Below, piece after piece: positions 28,057 to 40,600 of a stretch of 64,000 nt of DNA. A program made the position numbers and the translations under genes. Origin of the DNA: an uncultured Nitrososphaerota archaeon (GTDB taxonomy: Archaea > Asgardarchaeota > Njordarchaeia > Njordarchaeales > Njordarchaeaceae); NCBI GenBank assembly GCA_964518475.1, contig CAZFGR010000004.1, forward strand, positions 1 to 64,000. The letters run 5' to 3'. The notes under the pieces are model-generated. The model was not told the DNA's origin. It did no database searches and worked only from the letters and a program-made list of their open reading frames with translations. Position 1 is the first letter of the stretch, and each line of letters begins with the position of its first letter.

Positions 28057-28466
28057 AGAATATTGATGATATGATTAAAGTGGCGAAGGAAGTAATTAAT
28101 AACGCCTACTCTCCCTACTCTAAAATAAGAATCGCTGCAGTTGTTAGGGGAAAGAGCGGAAAACTCTACTACGGTGTTAATATAGAGAACGCATCGTATG
28201 GACTAACAATATGTGCAGAAAGAGTAGCGATATTTAATGCTGTAGCTCAGGGAGAAAGAAAGTTCGAGACAATACTTATTTACAGTCCAGATGTTATGCC
28301 GTGGCCTTGTGGAGCATGTCGTCAAGTAATGAGCGAATTCTTTTCTCCGGAGACAAAAGTGGTTATAGTTGGTAAAGAGCATATGAAAGAACTGATTTTT
28401 AGAGAACTGTGGCCGCCTGAATATAGTTTTTCCAAGAACCAGCTGAGACGCAATATTTATAGATAA
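28053..28466 (+). CDS. cdd: Cytidine deaminase (tetrameric type)
   Basis: AYSPYS, GVNIENASYGLTICAER, PCGACRQ. Confidence 0.96.
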   Translation: MKNIDDMIKVAKEVINNAYSPYSKIRIAAVVRGKSGKLYYGVNIENASYGLTICAERVAIFNAVAQGERKFETILIYSPDVMPWPCGACRQVMSEFFSPETKVVIVGKEHMKELIFRELWPPEYSFSKNQLRRNIYR

Positions 28467-28620
28467 CACCATTATATTATGAGTCTTAGCAATCTGAGAT
28501 CTGTCTTCATTAATAAACTAAAATCTCAGCAGAGACTACCTGCAATCCTTAAAATTAACTCAAAAACAAATTTGAGATCCCTGGATTAAATCTAAACTAA
28601 GTCTAAGATGAGGGATAGGC

Positions 28621-29586
28621 GTGGCTGCTCCATCTATGCCGAAATGGAAGGCTCTTATTCTAGCTTCTAGACCACCATTTCTTCAAGTAACAATTATTCC
28701 AGTTACACTAGGAATCATCTTGGCGTTGCTTTATACTGGAATCATTAACTGGTTATATGCTCTATTAGCTCTCGCTATAGCTTGTTTGCTCCACCTAAGC
28801 GTTAATCTAGTGCATGAATACTGGGACTGGAGAAGCGGCACTGATAACATAAACGTTAATGCCATTAGACCGTTCACTGGAGGTAGTGGGATGATACAGC
28901 TAGGGTTAGTAAAACCAATAGAGGAACTTGCCTTTGGCTTGTCTCTAATGTTTCTCGCAGTTGTGGGTGGCTTATATGTTCTCTATACCTTACCAGCAGT
29001 TCGCATACCACTTCTTATCATTGGGGCCATAGCTGTTTTCTCGGTAATTTTCTATACAGGGCCTCCCATAAAATTAGCTCATAGAGGAATTGGCGAGTTC
29101 TTTATTTACTTAAACTTTGGACCCCTAATGAGTCTTGGAGCTTACATAGTAGTTGCTCAGAGAATACATCTCGAGCCAATAATAGTTGGTTCTCTCGTAG
29201 GTATCCTAACGGCAGCGATTATCTGGATAAACGAGTTTCAGGATACAGAAGCTGACGTGAAAGTTGGAAAGAAACACCTAGTTGCGCGTCTCGGTCTTAG
29301 AAGGGCAAGTTATGGCTATGCTGTACTCGAAATCACACCTTATGTAATCCAAATAGTTGCGATACCTCTTGGTTTATTACCTTGGGTAACAATACTGACG
29401 TTTCTAGCGATTCCACAAGCTATTAGAAACATACGGATATGCCTCAAGAACTATGATAAACCAAGGGAATTATTCCCAGCAAATTTAGGAACAATAAGGA
29501 ACCAACTAACGTATGGAGTACTTCTGATCATATCCTACCTATTAGTGCTTGTGCTCCCGATACCAGCGTATATACGCCTTTTCTAA
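28621..29586 (+). CDS. menA: 1,4-dihydroxy-2-naphthoate prenyltransferase (UbiA family)
   Basis: ASRP, HEYWDWRSGTD, YTGPP...RGIGE, NEFQDTEADVKVGKKHL. Confidence 0.85.
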   Translation: MAAPSMPKWKALILASRPPFLQVTIIPVTLGIILALLYTGIINWLYALLALAIACLLHLSVNLVHEYWDWRSGTDNINVNAIRPFTGGSGMIQLGLVKPIEELAFGLSLMFLAVVGGLYVLYTLPAVRIPLLIIGAIAVFSVIFYTGPPIKLAHRGIGEFFIYLNFGPLMSLGAYIVVAQRIHLEPIIVGSLVGILTAAIIWINEFQDTEADVKVGKKHLVARLGLRRASYGYAVLEITPYVIQIVAIPLGLLPWVTILTFLAIPQAIRNIRICLKNYDKPRELFPANLGTIRNQLTYGVLLIISYLLVLVLPIPAYIRLF

Positions 29587-29715
29587 AAAACAACATTATT
29601 ATTTACAACGCATTTTTTCCTTAATCCTCATCGCTATGGTTAATTAATCATCTAGGAAAGTATATATTTCATCTCAACACAGTTTCTTTCCTAAAATAGA
29701 TTAGGTGAAGGTTTA

Positions 29716-31344
29716 ATGAGAATCCTAGTTGTTGGTCACAAGAACCCAGATACAGATGCGATAGTTGCGGCCATATCCCTCACACACATTCTTAGGAAGA
29801 AGGGCTTCGATGCGGAACCCTTCAGGGCAGGGGATATTCAGCCAGAGACCAGAATTATCCTCGAAAAAACTAGGCTTTTATTGCCAGATTTATTAATAGA
29901 CGTATATTCTCGCGTAAAGGACGTAATGACGAGAAACGTCCTCTACGTGAAAGAGGGTGATCCTTTAAAGAAAGCTGTTAACTTGATAGTTTCTAAGGCT
30001 ATTAGATCGCTTCCTATCGTTAATGGGGAGAGAATAGTTACTGGATTATTCAGTACAGAATCGCTTGCTAAAGGTATTTTATCGGAGATTTCGACGGAGA
30101 GTCTAGAGATCAAGGACACCCCCGTAAGGAATTTCCTGGAAGTTTCTAGTGGTAAGTTGCTAAGTGGAGATCCTCAAACTGTATTGAGAGGCAAAGTGTT
30201 TGTGGGAGTAACTGGTGATAAATCCTTTATCAGAGACTTAGAGAGGCTCAAGGATCGCATAATAGTCATCGGGAAAAGAGAGAAAATTCTGCTTAAAGCG
30301 ATAGAGGAAGGAGTAAGGGTCATTATTGTGACGGATAATGAGAAAATTCCCCAAGAGATTGTGTCAAAGGCTAGGGAACGAAATGTTACTCTCATAGTCT
30401 CACCCCATGATGCATACACAACTCTTCGTCTTTTAGACCTTAGCCAACCAATAGAGAGGTTTTCAGAAGAAACCGTTACCGTTGATGAGGATACTCTAGT
30501 GAAGGATGCTAGGGAGATAATGTTGCGTCGTGGTGTTCGAAGTATTATAGTCACGGATGAAACTGGCAGACTGAGAGGAATCATTACTCGAAGCGATTTA
30601 GTAAAGGATTATCGGAAAAAAGTAGCGCTTGTAGATCATAATGAGTTTAGCCAGTCTGTAGAGGGTATCGAAGAGGCTGAAATAGTGGCGGTGATCGATC
30701 ATCATAGGATTAGCGGAGATGTAAAGACTCTGAACCCAATAATATTCCGAGTAGAGCCCCTAGGATCAACGAATACTATCATATGGGAAATCGCTAAAGA
30801 ATGGGGAATTACTATTGATAAAAATATCGCAGAAGCCATGCTGTATGCTATTCTCTCGGACACTCTCCTTCTGAAGAGCCCCACCACTACTACAACGGAT
30901 AAAGAGGCCGTGAATGAATTATGCGAATATGTAGGAGTAGATCTGGGAGATGTTATGGAGTTCGTTAGGATAGCCATCGCAGCTAACGAGCCAAGCGATC
31001 CGTGGAAAATAGTTACCATGGATCTGAAAATATTCTCTTCAGAAGCAGGGAATTTCGGAATAGCTCAAATAATGACTACTCGACCAGAGAACTATCTAAA
31101 AATGGCGGACTCTCTCAAAAAAGTTATGAGCGAAGTTTTGAAAGAAAAGAACCTACTGTTCTTATCCCTAATGATCACTGATTATATTGAGAATAGAACA
31201 TTCCTACTAACCGTCGGCGACGAAGATATAATAGCTAATGCTTTACAAGTCGATGTCTCTAAAGGTTACGTAGAATTGCCGGGAATTACGTCAAGAAAGA
31301 GCCAAGTACTTCCGAAAATACTCAGATACCTCCAACAAAGATAG
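29716..31344 (+). CDS. ppaC: Family II Mn-dependent inorganic pyrophosphatase with CBS/DRTGG insert
   Basis: GHKNPDTD, LVDHNE, IDHH, ILSDTL..KSPTTT, SRKSQV; CBS pair flanking a DRTGG-like domain. Confidence 0.93.
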   Translation: MRILVVGHKNPDTDAIVAAISLTHILRKKGFDAEPFRAGDIQPETRIILEKTRLLLPDLLIDVYSRVKDVMTRNVLYVKEGDPLKKAVNLIVSKAIRSLPIVNGERIVTGLFSTESLAKGILSEISTESLEIKDTPVRNFLEVSSGKLLSGDPQTVLRGKVFVGVTGDKSFIRDLERLKDRIIVIGKREKILLKAIEEGVRVIIVTDNEKIPQEIVSKARERNVTLIVSPHDAYTTLRLLDLSQPIERFSEETVTVDEDTLVKDAREIMLRRGVRSIIVTDETGRLRGIITRSDLVKDYRKKVALVDHNEFSQSVEGIEEAEIVAVIDHHRISGDVKTLNPIIFRVEPLGSTNTIIWEIAKEWGITIDKNIAEAMLYAILSDTLLLKSPTTTTTDKEAVNELCEYVGVDLGDVMEFVRIAIAANEPSDPWKIVTMDLKIFSSEAGNFGIAQIMTTRPENYLKMADSLKKVMSEVLKEKNLLFLSLMITDYIENRTFLLTVGDEDIIANALQVDVSKGYVELPGITSRKSQVLPKILRYLQQR

Positions 31345-31478
31345 CAACAACGAGAATATGCTAAAGACTTTTTGATCTCTCTACCCCTTACGGCATAAAA
31401 ATATCTCTAGGAAAATAAGGCTAACTATTATATACTAATTTTCCACTAGTTAATTGCCTCTCTTTAATAAAGGGATAA

Positions 31479-32222
31479 GTGATGAGAAAGTTCTCTTCCT
31501 TTCTTATGCTTTTGGTCAAGAATACTTTCTATATAGTTCTCTACGCTCTTTTGGCTCTATTTCTCTACGACATTGTTGCTGAAGCCACAATAAATGGGTC
31601 TCCAATAACGGGTATTGGGCCTGTGAGTTTGGCAACGGGTCTAGATTATGTGATACCTTTTGTGTCTGCTTTTACAATACTCTATGTCTTCGTATTTTAT
31701 CCCTTTGTGATATACTCTCTAGGCTATTTTGCTTACGTTAAACCAGAGAAAATGGATAAGGTATTCTTGTCAATACTAATCGTTTACATAGTAGCGTACC
31801 TAAACTACTTGCTGTTCCCAGTAAAGATGATAAGACCAGATCCTGATACTTTACCAAGCGACTTCCTCTCTAACGTAATGAAAAAGTATTATCAAGAAGA
31901 TCTTCCAGTAAACTGTTTCCCAAGTCTCCACGCCGCTAACTCGACATTGTTCGCGTATTGGCTAAGTAGGGAAAAGCCCAATCTAAAATGGTTATTCTGG
32001 GGAATAGCTATCGGTGTAATGATTTCAACACTATTCGTAAGACAACACGTCATAGCTGATGAAATATATGGATTCCTATTAGCATATCTAGTTTCTTGGT
32101 ATATTGATAAAAAGATCCAGGAAAAGGAGGCGGTTCGAGAATACTGGTTAGCACGAATAATATTCACACTAATTCTAGCAACTATCGTGACTAGCTTCAT
32201 AATATTGAGTTATCTTCCATAA
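31479..32222 (+). CDS. PAP2-family membrane phosphatase/phosphotransferase
   Basis: NCFPSLHAA and STLFVRQHVIAD catalytic motifs. Confidence 0.85.
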   Translation: MMRKFSSFLMLLVKNTFYIVLYALLALFLYDIVAEATINGSPITGIGPVSLATGLDYVIPFVSAFTILYVFVFYPFVIYSLGYFAYVKPEKMDKVFLSILIVYIVAYLNYLLFPVKMIRPDPDTLPSDFLSNVMKKYYQEDLPVNCFPSLHAANSTLFAYWLSREKPNLKWLFWGIAIGVMISTLFVRQHVIADEIYGFLLAYLVSWYIDKKIQEKEAVREYWLARIIFTLILATIVTSFIILSYLP

Positions 32223-32419
32223 CACATCTTCCATAACACAGAGAAGAGATTGAGTAAAAGTCTAAGCGGCAAAACCTAATTGACAAAGCTCTTATCATTA
32301 TTTTTCTTGAGTAATGGATTTTTAGTTGAGAAATGTATCGATAGTATAAGTAAGGAGCGTTTAATCTCCTAAACACAGAAATTGTTATCTGGAATGAGTA
32401 GTTTAGGAGCGAGAACTTT

Positions 32420-32824
32420 ATGACGGGACCAGCAGAGGGTAAAGTAAGAATTCCAGTAGACTTCATCGTCGATGGTGAGAAACTCGAATGCACAGTATAC
32501 ATACACTTAAAGGGATATTCTAGGGCAAGAGTTACGCACATAGATATCGAAGACTTCGAATGCAGAGGAGACAAAATCAATGGTGGTGTAGCCATAGGAA
32601 CAAAAGACGGTTTCTCTGTAATAATGGTTAAGGAAATAGAAATTAACGGTAAGAAAGTCAAGAAATTCATGCTGAGAGGCATTAACATCCTGGGTATCGG
32701 AGAAAGAGCAAGATGCGTTGTTGGCATAAAAGAGGGAGGTATTTTCATAGGGTTTGAATCAAAGGTTCTAACACGATTAGAAGAAATAGCAAGAAAAGAG
32801 CTCTCTAATAGTGAAAAATCATAG
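32420..32824 (+). CDS. Hypothetical protein (probably a conserved archaeal family)
   Basis: AGGAG RBS; beta-rich 134-aa ORF with IHLKGYSRARVTHIDIE motif. Confidence 0.65.
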   Translation: MTGPAEGKVRIPVDFIVDGEKLECTVYIHLKGYSRARVTHIDIEDFECRGDKINGGVAIGTKDGFSVIMVKEIEINGKKVKKFMLRGINILGIGERARCVVGIKEGGIFIGFESKVLTRLEEIARKELSNSEKS

Positions 32825-32945
32825 TCTTTCCAGGATTATAACGCTAGTTCTCTAGTTCGGAATAATGCTTTATGGAAAAATAGATATACACGCTTTTTAA
32901 TTCCTAAAGAGTACACTACCATTAGGACTATCTTAAGGTGTCGCT

Positions 32946-33692
32946 ATGGAGTATTTTATAGCGATATTTTCTTTGATAGTTTTGGCTCTTCTTCCTTGGC
33001 TACTGTATTTCATCTGGTATAGTCGTTTAAAGGCTAAGTATGTAAAGTTTTTCCTGATAGGGGGTATTGGTTGGCTCCTAGCTCTGTTGGCACGTACACC
33101 AATTCTTATGGCATTACAGCTCATGCCTAATCAGCTTGTTCAAGGAGTTATTGCATCTCTACTTGCTGGAATCTTCGAAGAATGCTTTCGCTTCTTCTTT
33201 ATTCAAAAATTTCTCGGAGGAGAGTTTTCTAGTGGGAATGGGATAAGTTTTGGTGTTGGATGGGGAGTCTTTGAAATTATCCTGATGCATACCTTGAATC
33301 TTATAGTTCTTCTTGTGATAATTTCGTTGAACATTAGCATTCCTGGTCAAGAAATCCCACCTCCCGATGAGCTATTCATAGGAGGGCTGGTGGGGGTTTA
33401 TGAGAGAATCGTAGTTACAACTCTTCATGTAGGCTTGACTCTAGTCATTATTCATGCTATTAAGAATAGGTTATGGTTGTATTTCGCGATAACTTATCAT
33501 TTCCTAGTAGACTTTGTAGCCGTAACAATGGCCATAACTCTAGAAACTACTCTAGCCAATCTATGGTTAATAGAGGGAGTTATTACGCTCCTAGTGATAA
33601 TTCTATACGTCATAATTCTGAAGGTTCTAAGAGTTAGACTAAGCAGAGCATTCATGGATACATCGGAAGAACTTTTACCGATTTTCGCCTAA
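32946..33692 (+). CDS. YhfC/PrsW-like intramembrane glutamic/metalloprotease
   Basis: AGIFEECFR, GVGWGVFE, ER....LHVG, YHFLVD. Confidence 0.85.
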   Translation: MEYFIAIFSLIVLALLPWLLYFIWYSRLKAKYVKFFLIGGIGWLLALLARTPILMALQLMPNQLVQGVIASLLAGIFEECFRFFFIQKFLGGEFSSGNGISFGVGWGVFEIILMHTLNLIVLLVIISLNISIPGQEIPPPDELFIGGLVGVYERIVVTTLHVGLTLVIIHAIKNRLWLYFAITYHFLVDFVAVTMAITLETTLANLWLIEGVITLLVIILYVIILKVLRVRLSRAFMDTSEELLPIFA

Positions 33693-33746
33693 TTGTTAAG
33701 ACTATAATATATGTAGAAAAGAAGAAATACCATTACTTTGGAATAA

Positions 33747-34682
33747 TTGATTATTAATAAGGCCAGGAGAGAACTGTTGCTCTGGGGTAATGATGGAGGC
33801 CATCAGATGGATGTTCTTAAAGATCTAGAGAGAATATTGATAGAGCAGGAAGAGAAGGGTAGGGCTCTTTCACGGTTCATAGCCCTTGTTTGGATAGTGT
33901 CTATCGCGGTTGATTTTATCGCATATAGTATGGCTATGAATGCTTCAGAGTACGGTTTAAGGGGTCAAGCGAGATCTTATCTTCTAGCATATACGGATAT
34001 CTTACTTGTGTACTCACTAGGATTTCTAGCGAGCTTTATTTTATCATTGTTAATTTTCTATTCAATAGCGAAGTATTCTAGGAGGGATATTCTGTATTTC
34101 CTTGGTGGCTTCTTTTTCTTGATCTCGGGGTTTTTTGATTTGGTAGCGATGTATTATACTTTCCAATCAAGGAGCAAAATTCAGGAAGTCGCAGTGAAAC
34201 TTCCTTTATTATCAGTAGACTCCCTATTCAAATTCATTAATGACGAATTATATTATTTGGTGAACCGTGTTAATACCCTAACAATGGGTTCAATGGTCAC
34301 AGTTGGCGGTGCATTTGTTTTCTTCGGGCTGAGTGCCATAAAGTTTTCGCGAATTCTCGGAGCCCAACGACCCTTGATATTATCCTCGATTGTACAGACT
34401 CTTGAGACTGGTAAGGAAATGAGAGAAGGTTATGTTCAGTACGCAGTCTCTCTTTATTCGAGAGAACTTGATAGCGCAGTTAACAACATCCGCATGGCTG
34501 GTATTCTGTATCTAATAGTTGGTGTGGCGGAGATCCTAGCATTTTTAGAGATTGTCCAATCAATACTATTCGTGATATTCCTGATTTTTATACTAGGACT
34601 CTTTCTAGAAGGCTCCGGGTATAAGAAACTGAGAAGGATTATAGAGACTTGGAAAAGTATGCAGACAAGATCAACGAGCTAA
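33747..34682 (+). CDS. Multi-pass membrane protein (possibly DUF973-like; likely start 33807)
   Basis: About 6 TM helices; GGAGG RBS before MDVLKD; C-terminal RMAGILYLI motif resembles that of 2799..3548. Confidence 0.6.
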   Translation: MIINKARRELLLWGNDGGHQMDVLKDLERILIEQEEKGRALSRFIALVWIVSIAVDFIAYSMAMNASEYGLRGQARSYLLAYTDILLVYSLGFLASFILSLLIFYSIAKYSRRDILYFLGGFFFLISGFFDLVAMYYTFQSRSKIQEVAVKLPLLSVDSLFKFINDELYYLVNRVNTLTMGSMVTVGGAFVFFGLSAIKFSRILGAQRPLILSSIVQTLETGKEMREGYVQYAVSLYSRELDSAVNNIRMAGILYLIVGVAEILAFLEIVQSILFVIFLIFILGLFLEGSGYKKLRRIIETWKSMQTRSTS

Positions 34683-34694
34683 GAAATTTTTGGA

Positions 34695-37600
34695 GTGATT
34701 ACTATGAGAAAAGGCGCGGTTTTACTTTTATCAATAATATTATTGAATCTCCTTATAATTCCGCAGATCCTTCCAGAGACAATTACTAGCCAAACAGCTC
34801 AAGCCCACACGCTTTCCAATGAGAATCCAAACAATACACTTCCTCTAGGATTAATGAGGCAGAAGCCCCTCAAATTGCCGGAAATAGAAACTCTTTACAG
34901 CAAGAAGTATGTACTGGAATTCGGAGAACCTCTTCTAGTTCCTTCAGGTATACTTGAGGGTTATTGGCTACCATTCATCCCCAACACGAGAATTTCCATG
35001 CAGCCTGGTTATCCGCTCCTTCCAGTAAACATATCAGTAATCGAGCTACCGCATGATGCCCAGGATATCCAAGTCCAGATACATACGACCGAGACAAAGG
35101 TTCTCGAAGATAGCTATAATATTTTACCTAGTCCAAAACCCTTGGTAATGACGAGAAATAATGCGAGTATAAATGAGTTGTTCGAGATTAGAAAGAGAAT
35201 TTTTGAGAAGTACCCATCCAGTTTCCTAGAATATAGAGTATTGAATGGTATCGACACAAGTACTTTAGAGAGAAAGAAGTTCTTAGTGATCTATTTCTAT
35301 CCTCTGACCTATACTGGTGATGGGGAATTAATCTTTGTGAGAAAGGCGGTTATAGATATCTCGTACAGGATAAGCCCTAGCGTCAGGCAATTAAGCTTAG
35401 GGAATCTAGAAGCTTTAATAATTACTAGTAATGATCTGTTTCCAGAAGCCCTCTTATTGGCTAGGATGAAGAATTCATCGGGCATATCAACAATTGTGAG
35501 AACAGTAGAATGGATCTACTCTAATTACCAGGGAAGAGATAAGCCAGAGAAGATAAGAGCTTTTATCAAAGATATGGTGAATGAATACGGCATAAAGTTT
35601 GTGATAATTTTTGGTGATGCTGACAAGGTTCCCACTAGGGAAGTCTGGGTACCAGATGGAGCATACGATTATGATCCCTCCATAGATGGAAGCACGGTGG
35701 CTACTGATCTTTACTATGCCGATCTAGATTATAGCTGGGACGATAATGGAGATGGTTTATGGGGAGATCTGAGATACGATAGAGTCGACGGGCTACCAGA
35801 TGTTATTGTAGGTAGGATACCAGTAAGTAATGAAAGTGAGGCTAGAGCTTATCTAGAGAAGCTAGCTAGATATAAACCAAGCAGTGATTGGTTCAACAAT
35901 GTTCTTCTCATAGGTTCTGATACGTTTATGACTGGATGGCCGGAGGGAGAATACCTATCTGATTATATAACACGATTCATATGGGCGAATTTCTCCGTCA
36001 CTAAGCTGTATGAGACCGCTGGTAATTTGACGCTACCGATGCTTATTCACCAAATAAACAAGGGTTATGGTCTCATAAACTATGATGGCCACGGAGACGT
36101 AAATGCGTGGATAATAAGTCTGGGATCTATCTACGCTATGGACAATGCTTTACAACAGATTAATAGAGAGCATCTATCCATTATTTTCTCAATGGCTTGT
36201 TTAACAGCGAGATTCGATGATAGGGATTCTATCGGTGAAGCGTTTGTTCTGAATCCGAATGGTGGGGCAATTGGATATGTTGGAGCTACTAGATTATCTT
36301 GGGGATACATTGGTGAGCTAGTCATAACAGGGCTTGCTGGTGAGATGAGTTGGAGATTCGTGAAGAACTTCTTTTCGCCCCTAAATAGGTACTTGGGAAG
36401 TGTCTGGGCAGCTACTATTAGCGAATACGCTATCAATAACCCTATTGAAACAAACTACTATGGCTATTACCTAGATTGGAAAACTGTAGCAGAATTCGTC
36501 TTATTCGGGGATCCAACAATTAGTTTAAGACCTATTCCACGCGAAAACGTTACGGAAATTCCAGAATTAATCGGAGACAACACTAGCGTATTGATAAGAA
36601 ACGCAACTATGACAATTCATTCCCTAGACTTATCTTCCTCAAATCTAACAATTTATAACTCAACGATCCATGTAAAGAATCAGGCAAAGATACAAGAGTA
36701 CTCTAGGGTTATTCTGAATGGGAGTTTCATTACTGGAGAAGTAGCTCTAATTCTTAACAACACCATATTAATGATTGATAACTCCGTAATCGAAATACCA
36801 ATAATACTCATCGGGAACACAACCGTCTCTGTAAGAAATTCTTATGTGAACGGGATAACGGTTCTTGATAATTTCTCCTGGCTTAGGATCGAGAACTCGT
36901 CAATCAATTTGTTACTGAGAATTGACGAAAAGGGTGAAATTTTGATTAGAGAGGGCTTCTGCAAGTCTATGAATCTTCTAGACTTGGTAGGGTATAATAT
37001 TTCCCTAAATAATACACATGTTCTACTTGGATTGAATGTTACGGGTGCAGAATTAAACATTACAAACTCAATACTGTCCAGTGTCTTCGCGTACGACGCT
37101 GCTATCCAAATAACGAATTCCGCAATAAGCTCTATCAAGGTCGTAGGGAAGACTAGTCTAGTTGTGGATAATTCCCGAACAGGCGTAGAATTATCAATTA
37201 TCGACGCACACGGGGTATTAAAACTAGCAGAGAGCCCAAAATATCTAAGAATCAACGGAGATAACTTTACTGGCGTCCAATGGTCCTTGGAACTAATGAA
37301 TACAAACATAACAACTTGGAGAATAAGGCTCTACAATTCTTCTCTAGAGGTTAGAGATTCCACAGTCTATGAAATTGTTGCTGAAGAATCCGAGCTTCTA
37401 GTCATTGACTCTAAAGTAAGTATTCTAAATGCTATAAATACGATATGTAATATCGAGAATACTCGTGTTTACTATGAGCGGTTACTATTCTCAAATATTA
37501 CTAGCGCAGATTCTAGGATAGAGTATCTGTGGGCAAACAACAGCTTTTTAGATCTCAGAAACGTTACTGGGTATGATACCAAGTTCTTAAATTCTAGTCT

Positions 37601-40600
37601 TAGTGCTTCTATCATCTATTATTACCACGTAGTATTCACGGGTTCTCAGAGATCATTTATGAGTGAGAGTAAGGTGGCTATTTTAGAGATATTTGACTAT
37701 GCAGAGTTAATAATTAAAGCATCTAGAGTCGCGGTGATGTTCTTAAGAAATTCGTCGTATGTGCGATTAGAAAATACCACGGTTACATATGCTGCAAGAA
37801 TAATGGATAACACCACATTACTAGCTAAGAACTCCATTATATGGCCCGAACTCGTCTTTGTAAACACAAATACTGTTATAAAGAACTTAGTGGCTGGAAA
37901 CATTACTAGTTTAGAGCTTATAAATGGATGGAATATTACTATTATGTCCTCCGTAGTGATTGGGTGGGACATTATCCTCTATAACTCCTCCGCTGAGATC
38001 TCCGAGTCTCAAATCTACTGGCTATTTGGCTACTACTCCTCAAGGGTACGTGTAGAGAAGTCATGGATCGATCTGCTTAGACTCACACACTTTAGTAGCG
38101 GTGAGATTGTTTTATCTCGCATATCTCAAGCGGTATTATCGGGATTCTCGGAAACTACTCTTAGAAAGTCTTCTGTATCAAGTATGACTGTGATGGGGAA
38201 TGCTAAAGCAGGACTATCCATGATCAAGAGTACGGAAGTAGTAGTTTTCACCAACGCAAGCGTCGCAGTCCATAACTCCTTGATAAGGTTTTTGGCACCT
38301 TTTGATTCTTCAAGCGTGGTAGTAGAGAACTCTGCAGTGGGTATTTGGCTAGAGCTATACAACATCGTAAATAAGACTATTAGGCTAAAGCCTGGCTACT
38401 ATATTATGCTTACTGAGGCAGATATTGGGTTACCGAATATTGACTGGAGCCTAAGCGTGAAAGAATCCCGAATCAACTGGTACCTCCTATTAGTAAACTC
38501 CTCGGCGAGGATAAAGGATTCGCAATTAACTATTCTAGGATTCCTAGACTCAAGCATTATTGTTGAGAATTCATTAATAATTGATATCCTCCAGGCCGTG
38601 GCATCGGATTTCCTGATTAGAGATACTGTGGGTGCGAACGTAACAACAATCATTAATGGAGTAGGAACGCTAGAGAATTCCTCCTTCACTAACCTAATGA
38701 TTCAGGATTCCGAGATAGAGATAAGTGATTGTAAAAGTACGCTAACATTAGTATTCGCTGATGGAGAGCTGGAACTGAGCCTGAGACCAGCGTATTATAA
38801 AGATGCATGGCTAAACTATACCGCTGGATCCGAGACAATAAACCTTCACCTAATGAATTCTTGGATAAACAATTGGATGGTACTCTTGATGGGTAGGGCT
38901 AGGGTCTCAATAGTGGATTCGAATGTATTGACTGTTGGAGCGGCTGAAAATGCTACACTGATTGTAAGGAATACAACAATATATGGTTATCTAGAACTCT
39001 TCCCGACAGCCAGTATTTTGGTTGAATCATCCTTAATAGGAAACCTTTACTGGTTCTTATACAGTACAGAGCTAGCAATTTCTATCCCAGCACCAAATAT
39101 AAGCGATATGGAGCTTAACGCCTCTGGTTACTTAAGGATAATAGACTCATTCCTTTATAATATCCATTTAGAAGCCACATTATCAAACATCTCCATCTTC
39201 GACACGCCGAGAATCTCAGAGACACGATTAATCATGTCGAAACTAATTGCCCAAAACTCGATAATAGACAAGATAAAGGCCGCATCATCAAGCCTTGACT
39301 TAACTCAATCAATAGTTAATACAACAGAGTTCATTGGAACTGATGCTAAAATATCGAGAAGCACTATTAAGAACCTCGGTATTGACCAGTTCTCTAATGT
39401 AATTGTCGAGTATTCTAGCATCGGTCTTAATATGGTCTTTAGATTCTTCAACATTGTGGTGAAGGGAGAAGAGTGGAAATCCGAGAACAGTAATAGTACA
39501 ATTATTGGAGATTACTGGGTTCTACAGCTTAGTTCCTCCAATATAACGAGTGCTTCATTCACCCTCGTGGGAACAGCTAACGCCACTATATCCAATTCTC
39601 GTCTTAAAGCACTTGTATGCAAAGACTTCAGCACAGCTAATATCACAGAGTCTGAAATAGAGACATTAATTCTGGAAGATGCTGCTCACATCGCATTATC
39701 CAATAGTGTTACGGGAGTAGAGATAAGAGTGGAGAATACTGAAACAGAATTTGATCTAAAGACAAACATAGAAGTGTCGGGAAAAATAAGTGCGTTGAGA
39801 GGCATTGGTTACGAGTTATCGCTTAAGGATACGGTAATTACTGGAGTAAACATTACAGCGGTAGCGTCTAAGGTAGTGATTGATAATTCAGAAATAATGA
39901 TGCTAGTAGCTGATTATGGATCAAGAGTCTTCGTGAATTCTTCAAGAGTAATCTTAGCACTTCTAGGTTCTGGAGCAAAGATTTGGGCGGAGGATTCAGA
40001 GATTAGATTATTGACACCGCATCAGATAAACAAAGTATATCTGGATAATTGTCAAGTAGGGGTTTCGCTTCTATTAATGGGAAGAAAAGAAAAACTTGTT
40101 CTTGGAAGCGGTTTTGAACCCTACTTTGTAACTAATGATAACTTCATGGATTGGCTAATAGAGGGCTATTATTCCGAAATAATTGATTGGAGAGTACTTG
40201 CATTGCAGGGATCAAACGTAACACTTGAGTACTCCCATATACTACTGGTCTATGCAGAGGCGAACTCATGGGTAAGACTCATAGACTGTCAACTAGAACT
40301 TCCACCCATAGTAACCATGCAGAGCATAGTCGAGATTTACTGGAGCTTAGGAGTGAGGGTATTAAGAGACCTAATACCAATAAGCAACATTAATGTAACA
40401 ATATATAACGACAAGGGAGAACTCGTAGCATCAAGTACAACGAATGAAGCTGGAGAAGCCATCTTTTACTTACCCCAAGCCATAATCCTAGACTCCGCTA
40501 GAATCGACCTAGGCAACTATGTCATAAAAGTCAAGTATGGTTATCTAGGCGCTTCAAAGCGAATATACCTATGGAAGCCCACATCCGTAACAATTTACTT

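Noticed and set aside
32197-32748. 183-aa minus-strand ORF
   Set aside because: Antisense to the more plausible 32420..32824 gene, which has an RBS.
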